Of a stretch of 64,000 bases of DNA, positions 11,845 to 24,420 are shown piece after piece. Location: the NCBI RefSeq assembly GCF_009834535.1, contig NC_045697.1:18664001-18728000 (forward strand), read 5' to 3'. The translations under genes were made by a program, and so were the position numbers. The number at the start of each line of letters is the position of its first letter. The stretch's first letter is position 1. Origin of the DNA: Camelus ferus. Taxonomy: Eukaryota. The notes below the pieces were generated by a model, which was not told the origin of the DNA, made no database searches, and saw only the letters and a program-made list of their open reading frames with translations.

Positions 11845-14800
11845 GTAGGTCTAATACCAGGGGAGGGGTGGGGGGGTGGAGAAAAGTCCTATTTGATCTA
11901 CATAATATATTCATTGTTTAAAATCATACATTGCGCAGAAAGCTGTGGTTAGATTTGTGGTGTGAAACAGGCAACTTGAAGCAAGCTCTCAGAGCAAGAG
12001 TTTCCATGCCCAAGGTGAATGTTTACATTATAGGGGATGGAATCCCTGTTAATACCTTAGGTTTTCCTTCCATGAAGACGGTGTTAAGTTTGGGGTTTTC
12101 TTTCCCTCCAAGTTTTTCAGGGCAGCCCACAATAAAAAGGAAGATTCACCCAGCAGAATTTACTTGCAGTGAAAACTGGCCTGTGTCTCCCAAGTTTACT
12201 CAAATTGTACGACTCCCTATTGCTGTCTCCCACTTCCCTTCTTCTCTTTTTTTCAGCTCCTTGTCAGTTAATTCACATTTCCTGATTTGGCAAACAGCAG
12301 CACCCGCCTCCACAGCCCCACCTCCTTTTTCTTGGGTAAAACTTCCTGAGTTGACGTTAAAGAAAACTGTTACCTCACCAGAGAGCTTTAGCAGGAAAAT
12401 GGCATTTAGGTTTAATTACATAAAGCCCCACAGTAGTTACCACTTTATAAAATTCAAGTGACTCTTTTCCAAGCTCCCTGTTTTCCAAAGCCTGCTGGCT
12501 GGCAACTGCCCACCGGGAGGGTGGGATGCTGCCCGCCCGGGCCTCCTGGCCTTGGCAGGCAGCTAGGGTGAAGGCCCTCCCAGCGCTCACTGGCTGCAAG
12601 TGGCCGGCAGCAGAGTGGCCTGTAGATTTTCAAGGCCGTTCTGGAATCTGCAAGAAGAAGGGCATCCGTTACGAGACAGAGAAGAACCACTCTCTGGACC
12701 ATTTTTACTCAACGACGCACACCCTCGCCCTCCTTCAGAAAAGCCTAGAAAAACTGGGCCAGGGAGCTAGTCATGCCACAGCCTCTGTCCCCTCATCGGC
12801 TTTCAGGGAGAGGTGGGAAGTGGGCTGTTGTTTTCATCAGTGGTGACCACAGCCTCCCTCCGTGGCCCTTGCAGTCACTCTCTCAGAGGCGGGGACTCCA
12901 ACTGTTCCTCCCTCTTCCCGAAAGGGCTCCACAGTCAAGACTCGGTCAGCTCCATCGGCACCTTCCTGGGACTTTGCCTAGGCCCACGGTTGCTCCTCCT
13001 GATGGCATCTAAGTCATCCCTGACTTGAAGGAAAAGAGTTGATTTTTGATCCACTTCTTCTAGGACAGCACCTGGTACATAGTGCTCAGTCAGTGTTTGT
13101 TGACTAGTGAATGAATTTGAGGAATTTCTGAAACCAGAAAGAAGATACAGGAGGATATACTTTTGGACTGAGGAGAATCTAAGATACCAGGGCCGGAGGG
13201 AAAGGATGGGACGGCATGGAGGAAGGCAGTGTTTAAGTGATGGAGAATTGCCTCCTTGGTCATTGAATGTTTACAGTAACTACAACTGATTGGGTGTTCT
13301 TGTTGATATGACACAAATGAAGAAGCAGAGGCAGAAAGTTTCTACATGCTTACTAAGCTGACAGCAAAAGAAAGTGGCAGGGGTGCCCGACTCCATAGGG
13401 TGGTGCCCTTTCCACCACACTGCCATTGGTTCCCTGACTCCCGTTCGGGACAAAGGCTAACCAGATTCAATTAACGTGCACCCCGACCTGGATTCAAATC
13501 CCACCTCTGTGATTTTGGCAAGGCTCTGAATCTCTGTATGTACCTGTTTCCCTATGAAGAAAATAAAAGGGTGGGACCTGGCATTTTATGATTCTACTTA
13601 CACCTCCCAACAGCCCAGTGGGAGGAAGGGAACGAGTGTTAATAACTCCAGAACAAGAAATTGAAGGCCAGGGAGACTGTATGACTGGCTGTGTGGTTAA
13701 GTAACATGTCAAGTCAGTGGCCCAGAGAAAAACCACCAGGGCAGGAGGTATCTTGACAAGTCACAATTGTCACCTCTTCTCCAAACCACATAGTTTTAAT
13801 GGCTCACAAGAAAGACTGAGTGGCGTGCTAACTTTGAAGCTGTAGGGAATTTAAAGCTCTTTCCTTATGGTGACTAAAACAAAGCTTTAGAAATTGTAGC
13901 ATGTTGGGGAGCCCTGAGGCTCAGGGATTTTTCAGGCCAGGCAGGCTGGATGTGAGGGTGGATGCTACAAGACCTGGTGAATCCACAGAAGTCTATTAAG
14001 ATGCAATCTATGGAAAATCTAAAGTGGCCTTGGGCTCTAGGCTTGTACTTGCTTTGCTGTTAACACACTGGAATGCTGTCTCTGATGATTACTTTTCCAT
14101 TTTCCTGGACTTGCTGGTTAAATGCTGTATGTGAAACACTTTGAATCATTTAAGTCGGGGAGAAAAAAATAAACAAGTCTTGACGTCACCATAACATCAG
14201 ACCTACAGTAGCGGCTTTGATCGTTTGATGTTTAATTGAGCACATACTGTGTTTAAAAAAAGCTTTACATACTTTGAGTGTTAGGTTTAGTGTCCCTGTA
14301 GCTTTGGAGAAAGGTTATTTAGCAAAGAAATCTTTCTCTCTGTGTCCCTTGCAGCAAGGGCAGAGTCAAATATCTTTCTTCTTCAACCTGTGAAATCGGT
14401 TTTGACTTTTTTTTTTTTCCTTTTTGTCTGGATCGTATTCTATCTTGGCCGGAACAGAATCATTGGGCCACATGATATAAGCAAAAAAGCCAAACTTGTA
14501 AAAATTGGGCTCTGATCCCACTCTGTAACACTAGCCTTCATGAAAAATCCAACATTTATGGAATTCCTTAGTTAATGATTTAGGAATCTCCACTCCACCC
14601 CTTGTACCACCAGACAAGAGCCTCTCTCCTTTCTTGGGTCTGGAGCTAGGCCACAAACCTGAGGGCCGTGGGGCCTGGCTTCTCCAATCCATGGCCCTTG
14701 TGGGTTACCCTTGAGATTTGCTTAGGTGAGTGCCAGCCTGGCCAGGCTGCAGGTGCCCAAGAAAGCCAGGAAAGCGCCAGGGAAAACTTGATCTGTGAAG

Positions 14801-16670
14801 AACATGATGTGAAGGGTACACAGCCTGTTCATTTCTTTTATAGGATTTAAAACTATCTAGGATGGCAGTGATACAGGAAAAGATGGCAAATGTCAGCAGA
14901 AGGGAGAGACTTAGCTTGGACATATGGGCTTACATTCTTCCCTGAGAGAAATGCTCTCCTGACCTGCTCTAGCCCCAAAAGCCCAGAGGAAGGATTTTGC
15001 TGGCACACTTAGGGTTTCTAAATGTATTACTTTTCCCTATAGGTTTCTGTCATGCTATTAAAAATTGGACTCAGCATCCATGTCATCTTTACAAGTTATT
15101 TGTACGTGATATCTTCATGTTCTTTTTCCTAGTTGCTGCTTATTTCATATTTATGTGCATATTTCATATATATGAAAATATATAGCTTGTTTCCCAAGCT
15201 AGCTCCTTTGCTGAATCTTTCTTGTGCACCTACTAGGTGCTAAGCAGTGTATATAGTATTGTGCCGGAGAATGCCAAGACTTCGACATTCTAAGTAGAAC
15301 CTCTTCAGTGATTTTGGCCTTTTACCCTCTCTTTGCTCTCTTTGCTTTCTAGTTACTTTATCACATGTACTTCCTATTCATCTTCAATTTTCTGTCTAAA
15401 GATAAGGTGTTAAAATATAATTTTCAGAAAGATAAACCAAAAAAAAAAAGAAAGAAAGATAAAACCATGACTCTCATACAAATATAAAACGAGTATGTGC
15501 TAAAGACTTTAACTCGTTAATTCATGAGAGAACCAGAAAGATGTTACAACCATTTGAAAGGACAATTTGAAGAACAAATACGTATGTAGGCGATCTGGAA
15601 TGCTGAGAAGGATCTACTAATAGATGAAAAATGGCCTGGCACACAGTAGGCACTCAATAAATGTTAACTGTTTGTGGCCAATGTCTGTCTGACCTGGTAG
15701 TTCTTAATAAACATCACTAAACTAGACCTGATTGAACAGAAGGGTGGGTGGGGTGGAGGAGGCTGGTGATCGGCAACTAGCCATAAACAGAGGGGCCACT
15801 CACAGAAGACAAGTCTTGCATAGCAGGCTGTTCTGCAAAAGATATTTGAAATGTTTACACCAATTCCCAGAGTCGCTTAGACTTGCTTTTAATTTAGGAT
15901 GATTCTAAGACCAGACTAGACAAGCAGTGATGAATTTCAGAAAACCTCCCAAGAAGATAGCAGGTTTTCGCATGCCACACTTTAACTTCTCATTTTCAGG
16001 TAGAGAGAGGTGAAAGGGTTCAGGCGAGTGGAGGTGAAACTGTATTTTAAGTACTAAAATCATAAAGAGATGTTGCTCCTTGGGATGGAAGGGCAGAAGA
16101 GGAAAATCAGCTCTGTTCCACGGCCAGGAAAGCCCCATACCTGCCCTGGCCTAACCATGGATAGTGGCAAATGTCCAGACCAGATCATTCTCTGAGCCTC
16201 AGGAAACTGAGTGAAACATACTTTTTAAACCCTTCTATGGAAGTGTTTTTGTAGCTTTACAAACATTTGATTCAAATTTCATTTTTTACTGTTTAAAAAT
16301 TAGTTATGAAAAGCAAATGGTTTGATTAATGCCAGACAAAGCATTTACCAGAAGTCCCACTCACAGCTTCATCCTCCCTCTAGTTAGGAGAGTGGGGTCA
16401 GAATGGCCCCCACCATCAGGGGACAGTCTCCCTGGGGAGTCCTGCTCTGGATTAGCTGTCATACTCAGATGGGGCAGGAGTAGAATGACAAACCTACATG
16501 AGGAATTCCTAGTCTTAATATTTCCAATACCCTGCAAACAGCGATTTCCCATTACTGATGTGGATTAGATGACTGATAATTCACCTTTCTAATGTGAATC
16601 TTCCTAAAGGAGGGCAGTGGAATAAATTAATTTAAAAAGTAAACTGGAAAATCTTTAAAAAAAAGCAAAT

Positions 16671-16819
16671 GGTTTTAAATAATGAAAAACTTCTGGAAAT
16701 GGATAATGGTAATGATTGCACATCCTCGTGAATATATTTAATGCCACTGAATTGCACACTTAATGATTAAAATGGTAAATTTTCTGTTATATGTATTTTA
16801 TTACAAGTTTTTAAAATTT
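16671..16819 (+). mobile_element. Short L1M 3' end
   Basis: ttctggaaatggataatggtaatgattgcaca..aatgccactgaattg..aaaatggtaaatttt; flanked by aaagcaaat direct repeats. Confidence 0.8.
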
Positions 16820-19800
16820 AAAGCAAATTCATATTCAATGAGTTATATACTAAATTTTCAGAAATTGGAGACTTCACATATGCTATCTAGATTTTATGTA
16901 GACTTTGAATAAAGTCTTTAATCCCATCTTTATTTGAAGAACATCCTGACATCAAAAGGTGACTATTTATAAAAATTGTTACCATTTGCAATTACATTTA
17001 TATCCAAATCAGACTTGTTTTGGTATTTATTGAGTAACCAAAGCTAAATACAGAAATACATTGGAGGATGAGGCTGTAACTATTTTCCATTAAGTCCTAT
17101 TTCTAACTGTTTTTGTTAAACAAAAACAGCTCCTTGAAATGACATTATAATGAGGAGCTTTACTTTTAACATATAAAAAAACGATTTATGCTAAAAATGC
17201 CATTTTAATCTGTTATATTTTGGGATACTGTTGAGAACCCATTGCTTAAAAAAAAAAGTTTGAAACCACTCTACTACATCATTTTAAAATTCTCTCTGGC
17301 TTATTTATTGTTATAATTATAAAATATTTAGTGTTTAAAAAAGATTTATACTCTGCGGGTTGCTTTAGCAGCCAATGAAAAAATATAATATAAGCGAGAT
17401 GTATATTTATCTTCAGAATAGGGAAATCAAAAAGATGGAAATATCCAATAAGTCTATCCCCTACCTTCAACTGGCTACAAGTAAATCATAGACATTAGAC
17501 TCCTAATTTCTTAAGGTCTGGACAGAAGAGTTATGCTAATTTAATAGTTCTTAGTCTTGGTCTTATAATGTTATTTCTTAAAACCCTTTTGTTCTAATTT
17601 AATCTTCTTTTTCTGAGTTACAGAGCTCTTTCAAAGAAAGAGCTTCATCCTTTCCAAATTATCCAGACCAGGGAGGGCCTCCCTCCCACAAATTTCCATG
17701 CAAACGTGATGTGTATGTGTTTATCTAGGAAGAAGGTCATCGTTTTATCAAATTCTCAAGGGATTTATGAGACATAAATAATTGCCTTCATCCTTAATCC
17801 TCCTTTTCTTTTTGCTAATGTAAATCTTGCCTATGAATCATCTAAAAAGGAATTCTGCTACAGACAGTACGATCGGGTCACCAAGAGAAGTAAATCCTTG
17901 AAAAAGAACACCTCCATGTCCCGTGCATTTATCTCTTCTGGGATAAAATGTCAACACTATGTTAAAATCCCCATGCTACTATGAGATTGCACTTGTATTT
18001 TATTTTCCAGTTTCTAGGTAAATATGAGAACATGAACCAAAATCATCTGAGAAAAAAAAAAAAAACCAAAATAAACTAATACAAGAGACAGAGAGTTGAA
18101 TGATAGATTTCATATTCAAATATGTATCCAAGAAATTTAAGTGATAACATATCAAATGAGCTTGATCTATTTCTTGACAGTTTGACATTATAGTAGAAGG
18201 AAATACTTAGTTGAGACCAGGAAAACATTGCTCTTTCGTTCTTTAAATGTAGACTCTGATTTTTTTAAAATAAAGATCTCTTACAGGATTTTCTAAAGCA
18301 AAAGGAGTCAGAAGCTATTGATTTTCTCTTCTTTCCTACTAAATGCATTTAAATAAGCTTTTTAATACAGTGATTTTGGTGGTTTGGTAAGACATCCAGA
18401 AGATTTAAGTCAGAGGTAAATGTTGAATAGGCCACCCTACTCCAACATATTCATTTTCTCGTAATACCCAAATTAATCAATATATCCAAATTAAAGGATT
18501 AAATATAGTCATGACTATTAAAAGCACCTCTCAGACTGGAAAGTTCTGTTGAATAGTACTATTCAACTGTTGTATTATGCTACCTACAAAATCCCAAAGT
18601 GAGAAACAAGGCTTGAAGAGAAAAAAGCTTACAGAATACAGGGCAACTGGCTTCACACTCATCGGAACAAACTATAGAGCATTTCCTTAATAGCTGTGTT
18701 GTTGGGTTTGTAAAGGTTGTCCTCCGCTTACTAACAAACCCCCTACAGTAATTAAGATTTTTCAGCCCCCCGACTTCCTACCTAGTGGAAATAAATTCTG
18801 GTTTTGCAACTAACAACTATTTGGTTAGAAATTGACATTACCAAGTCGAGACTGTCCCAAAGTATCATATCTGGTTCATATCAACTTATATTTTCTGTTT
18901 CATTTGGGATGAGAAAGCCTATTGTGTAGCCTTTATCCCTAAAACAAGTTAAGCTTAAATATTCCTTCAAATATGGATCTCAGTGACCAGACTCTAGAAA
19001 GGCATTTCTGCATAGCATCCACACCCCCAGAAAAGTGTTCTGAAGCCCCAGACCACCACTACTATGGTGGTGCCCAGGCCCTGGCGATCTGGAACTAACA
19101 GGATCTGCCACCTTCTTTCAGTTCTCTATTGCTGCATAACCAATCAGCCCCAACTTTTACCATAAACATCTACTAGCTCTACCCCTCTTCATTCCACCTG
19201 TCTCCAGTACAGGAACAGCTGTATCTCTATCAGTAGATGTGGTAAAATCCCCCACTGTCATTTCAGAGAGTCTGCTCCAAGATCTGTCTTGACATTTTAG
19301 CAAACAAATATTACAGCCTGGTTCTTTCCACAGCTTGCAAAGAGAGACTGTGAGAGAAGGGAGGTGGCTATAATTTGGTGGCCAAAGACAAACATCATTA
19401 TCTATAGCATATATGTTATCCATGGTAGTGGCTCCGTGGGTCGTGATTGCCATCAACTCTGAAGTCCTCACTGAACCCCTATGTAAAAATAGCATGTTAC
19501 CAAATGCAGATTCCAGAAAAATCCCCAGCACCATCTTCCACCCAGATTGCTACTTCCTCAATCTTCTCTTACACAGAAATTCTAGAGCCATCCTTGCCTG
19601 AATATAAATTATTACATGTATTCCCAGAGCTTAGCACAGCTTCTGATGCTAGTTTGCTGCATATGTGAACAAAATTACCCACTAAGAGTCCATTTAAGTG
19701 TTTATTCTAAAATCTTCAAAGTATTTTCTTTTTTTATCCTAGTATAGTAATTTCAAAGACTGCCTTTAGTCATCACTCTGGGAAAGTGATTATAGAACAT

Positions 19801-20512
19801 GTACTGTGGGCTCTTGGCTAAATATATTTTTCTATCTTACATGTGATCTCTCTGTCCCCCAATATCCCATAATTCATTGTTCTGATTGTGCTTAGAACAT
19901 CCTGTTCCTACCAGATTGTGAGGACTTTAAGGGCTGGAATTTGGAGTTAATCTTCTTTGATTCTGTACGGTATCTTACAAACAGCAGGTGTTTACATCAA
20001 CATTAATTCAGTTTGTGTAATTTCCTTATCTGAGGGGCATCCTTTCTTTTGTAAAAGGATGTTGTAAGCTAAAAACTCTAGTTGGCATGTTTTCAAGTGA
20101 AGAAAAGCCAAGGAAAAATAGCATGGTCTGGCAGGAAAAAGTGAGTATTGGTTTTGAACCATTTTACCCATATTCTTAGATCTCTGCTCAAAAACAAAGG
20201 AGCTTTTTAGATCATTAAGAACAGAAAAGAAAGAAAGGAAAAGAAAGATGACATAAAATGGAAGATGACTAGGGAAGGGTCTAGCCCTAATTTTGCCATT
20301 CACTTAAATGTCCTTGAGCATCTCATTTAATTTCTCTGCTTCAGTTTTCCCTCTGCACAATGAGGGAATTGAACCACATGACTCTGACGTGATTTCCAAT
20401 GCAATGATTCTAAGGTGTTGGGGCACTAGAATTTCCTTTAATAACAACATCTGGGAAGAGCAAGTTCTGCTATTTGTCCTCACAGTGTTCTCCAAGAGGA
20501 TAGACAGGTAAC

Positions 20513-21078
20513 TGTAGACATTTTCTCAGTTACCTATTGTGACAAAGTACCCACAAATTTAGGAGCTTTAAGGAAGAATGCACATTTATTCTCTTACTGA
20601 GTTTCTGAGGGTCAGGAATCCGGAAGTGGCTTAGCTGCATGGTTCTGACTTGGGAGTCTCTCAGGAGTTTGTAGGTAAGAAATTGTTTGGGGGTTCAGGC
20701 TTCTGAAGACTTGACTGAGGCCAAAGGGTTGGTTTCCAAGATGGCACGCTCACATGGCTGTTGGCAAGAGACTTGAGCTGTTCATCACATGGCCTTCCCT
20801 GTAGGGCTTCTTAAATATTCTCAGGACTTGGCAACTGGCTTCACCCGTTCTTGAGTGATCTAAGAGTGAGAGCAAAAAGGAAGCCACAAAGTTTTTAATG
20901 ACCCAGTCTTGCAAGTCACTCTGTCACGTCTGGCACATTCTATCTGCTGGAAACAAGTTACTAAACACAGCCCACACTCTTATGGAAAAGAAATGGAGCT
21001 CGACCCCTTAAAAGGAGGGGTATCAACAAATTTGTGAATTTACTTATGAATTTGTGAACTTGTTTGAAAACCCCCATA
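20513..21078 (-). mobile_element. MLT1 (MLT1F-like) solo LTR
   Basis: gggtcaggaatc..ggcttagctg..ttccaagatggc..ctcacatggctgttggc motifs typical of MLT1. Confidence 0.8.
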
Positions 21079-21982
21079 AATATCACGTGCCGGTTAAAGT
21101 AGACTGGACCAGCACTGCAAGGGTATGGAAGTCACAGTAAGGAACATTTCTAGAGTGACTCACTGTTTAGAAAGCATATTCCCATGTTTTCTCAAGTTTG
21201 GTTGTCCCAACAACCCAGTGGATTGACAACATTAATATCCGCATTTAGAAATTAGGAAATGAAGACTAGATGATTTTTATAAGGTTATTCAGCAAGTGAG
21301 TTGTATAGCTGGGAATGAAAACCAGGTTTTCTGACACAAAACACAAGCTCTTTTCACAACCCTTCAAATGGGAAAATTGGCAAAAAGGCCTTTGCACCGA
21401 CAAGTGTCCTTGGTGAGTTTGACTATTCTTTACTGCCTATTTTTCCTGTTTTATTAATTTCAGTATCTATTGTCAATTTACATACTTCTAAAATTACTTG
21501 AGGCAGTCTGCAAATGAAGTATTTAGGAAGAAAGTAGGAGGAGTAAATACTTCTAGGCACCAGAGTTGATCAGATTACCACACTTGGCAATGACTTCGGT
21601 TCGCATTTTTCTGGCAGGGAAGGTGGAGAGAAACATGATAGGTTACAGGGTTTCACTTTCTGACAAGCGTGAGCATACAAGTTATCATCGCCCGAAATCA
21701 AGTTCAAGAAGGAATTTAGCACATGGATCTGTGTAGAGATAACGCCACTTGACATCGTGGTCGGTATCTTCAATCCTGCTTGTACGGAAGACAGTCTCAT
21801 TTTCAACCCTGTATATATACACAGAGAGGACATACATCACCTTTAACTTGATGAATATATTTGAGCAAGAAGCTAAGGAAAACATGGCCAGGGCACATCA
21901 TCTTCTAATTCCTTTATAAATTAAGAAACGGTACTTGGAGAATATACATGAAAAATGGTTAATCTGTCTGCTGGACTATCTT

Positions 21983-22089
21983 TAAAAAATTTTTTTTTAA
22001 TTTTTCTTTTTTAATGGAGGTACTGAGATTGAACCCAGAACCTCGTGCATGCTAAGCATGCGATCTAACCCCGAGCTATACCCTCCCCA
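21983..22089 (-). mobile_element. tRNA-Ala-derived SINE, short form
   Basis: tRNA head plus tail only; perfect 15-bp TSD ctgctggactatctt (21968-21982, 22090-22104). Confidence 0.93.
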
Positions 22090-23399
22090 CTGCTGGACTA
22101 TCTTAAGTATCAGGAATCATAAGTGAGGCTGCTTGAATGACCTGCTAAATCTCATTTCTTTATCTTCACATCCTCTAATGCTCTATCTTGTCAACTAAAT
22201 GAAGGGTTTCAGCTATCTGCTATAAGGGAGCAAGGAACACTAATACAATGTTATAGAAAAATGTAAAGTTGGACCACATGAACTCTAAAGTCCCTTTCTG
22301 GGTACAAATGCTGTGATTCTGTGACTTTAAGGGTGAGATACCAATATGCACTCTTGTCCCCATGGAGAGCCAGCCCACTTTGGCCTGGGTGTGAGAAGCT
22401 ATGCTGCCAAAAGCCTTGGCCAATTTTTTCCCCAAAAGGAATTTCAAGCTCCTGTGTTAGTGACTGATTGAAACCAAAGCTTTATGCCGCATGACATAGG
22501 ATCCTGGAAGAGATAACTTCAGCCTGAAAAAAAGTTCAGGCAGGTGCAAGCAGCTGTCCAGTCCTGCTATAAAAGAACTCAAGTTTAGCTCCAGTGATAA
22601 TGTGCCTTCTTCCAAGTACTCTGGTCCTGTCAGTATCTCTCCATTCAGCTGAAAAATACACTCTAAATACTCACCCCAAAGAACAGGACTTCGTATACTC
22701 TGATTTAGATATTATAGTACTTATAAATATTTCCATTTATTAATGGGAATCCTCCTTCTAGAATAGAATTGTGAATGAAATGCATAAAAATTAATAGCCC
22801 TTATTTCTGTTTTAAACCAGTCGGTCTTCCTTCGATGAAGTAGGTAGATAATAAAGTAAATAATCCTTTAGTTAAAAAAATAAAAAGCATTCTTCTTGAA
22901 CACTATTTATGTGCCCTGAGCAAATAGATATTCACTTACAAGGTTTTGCTTTCTGTTTATTACCTATATTTCCACAATACTTGGTAGAGAAGTGTTGCAA
23001 AGAGACAGAATGAATGTGCATGGGAAAAGAAAAGAGAAATGAGTGTTACTCTTTGTGCAATAATCCAGGGTCCAGAAAAGGAGGCAATTAGTGTGGAGAA
23101 GCTACTTGTCAGACTGACTAGTATATTTAGATGCTCTTCTGGTCCACTGGCCAACATCTGCATTAGCCTTAACAATGCGTTGCCTTTCTGATTTAATAGG
23201 ACATCGTTCAGCATAATCTTTTTTTTTATATCAAATAGAATTGTGAGTATTAATTTTCATGGCATATAGAAAACTCCAAAAGTTGGAAAACTACTGGGAA
23301 GATGTTATGAAAAGTTGTCATTTAGAGTAACAGAAGAGGCTTAACAATCATACAACTTCAGAGCAACAGGGAAAATGAAGACACTAAATTGTGAAGGGG

Positions 23400-24420
23400 A
23401 AAAGTCTATCAGGGAATTGTGTGAACTGAGCAAATATTTACCAAGAAGAAAAGCTAGTGAAAGTCCTTCTGAGCAGATAGAAGGAGTGGCAAGGCAAGGA
23501 GGTCTTCCTGCATTCAGGAAGGAAAGACATTTGAATATAGCTGGAGCCCAGAACTCAGGGAAGGGAGTGAGAATGGGAGGAACGGCTGGAGACAGGGGCA
23601 GAAGCCACACTTGTAGAGCCTCACAGGCATGTTAGGGGTCCTCTCTGGCTCAGCCTGGACCCCTTATCAGGCCTGCGTCAGCTCTCAGCATCCTCCTTTC
23701 TCCGTTGGCTGCAGGCCCTCGAGGCTCTGCTAGCTTTCTTCCCTGATAGCAATCGCCACCCACCCTTTCTCTCGCCTCTGGAAGGGAGTGTCCTCAGCTC
23801 CCAGCTTCTTTGTATCCTGGAGGACAGCACACAGCTTTGGTGGTGAAAGGATTTTCAATGCTAATTACAATGACAAAATGCTTGAGGAATAAGAAAAGTA
23901 ACAGACTTGTATATGGGAAGTTTTAAACTTAAAAGTAACATGATTTGATTTACATTTTTGAGAGATCACTTGGGATATTCTGCAGAGAATGGATTGTAGA
24001 GGGTAGTGGGTAGAGGAGAAGGAGGGAGAAGGTGGGAAGGCAGTGCAGGTACCTAGAAAGAGGTGATGGTGCCCTGAACTAGGATGTAATGGGTAGATGG
24101 TAAAAATTATTACATGTAGGGTACAGTTTGAAGATAGAACCCACAGGACTTGCCGATGGATTGCATAGGGTTGATGACAAAAAGACAGGAATCGAAGATG
24201 AACCATTGAGTGGGGGAGGGTATAGCTCAAGTGGTAAAGCACATGCCTAGCACGCAGGAGGTCCTAAGTTCAATCCCCAGCACCTCCTCCAAAAATACAC
24301 AAACCCAGTTACCTCCCCCACCCCTGCCAAGATAAAATAATCAAATAGTGCAATAGTAAGTTGAAAAATAAAATAAAAAATAATAAAAAGATGAACCACT
24401 GAGCACCTAGATAGGTGTTG
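23400..24420 (-). mobile_element. L2 fragments
   Basis: acatgatttgatttacatttttgagagatcact..ttgaagatagaacccacaggacttgccgatggattg. Confidence 0.7.
24211..24387 (+). mobile_element. tRNA-Ala-derived SINE, long form, inserted in L2
   Basis: Head GGGGGAGGGTATAGCTCAAGTGG; 16-bp TSD aagatgaacca(t/c)tgag (24195-24210, 24388-24403). Confidence 0.93.

Noticed and set aside
11931..12461. 176-aa ORF
   Set aside because: Starts at TTG, no recognisable homology or splice structure.
15450..15610. Segment that looks like an interspersed repeat after an A-rich run
   Set aside because: I could not assign a family with confidence; needs a Dfam search.
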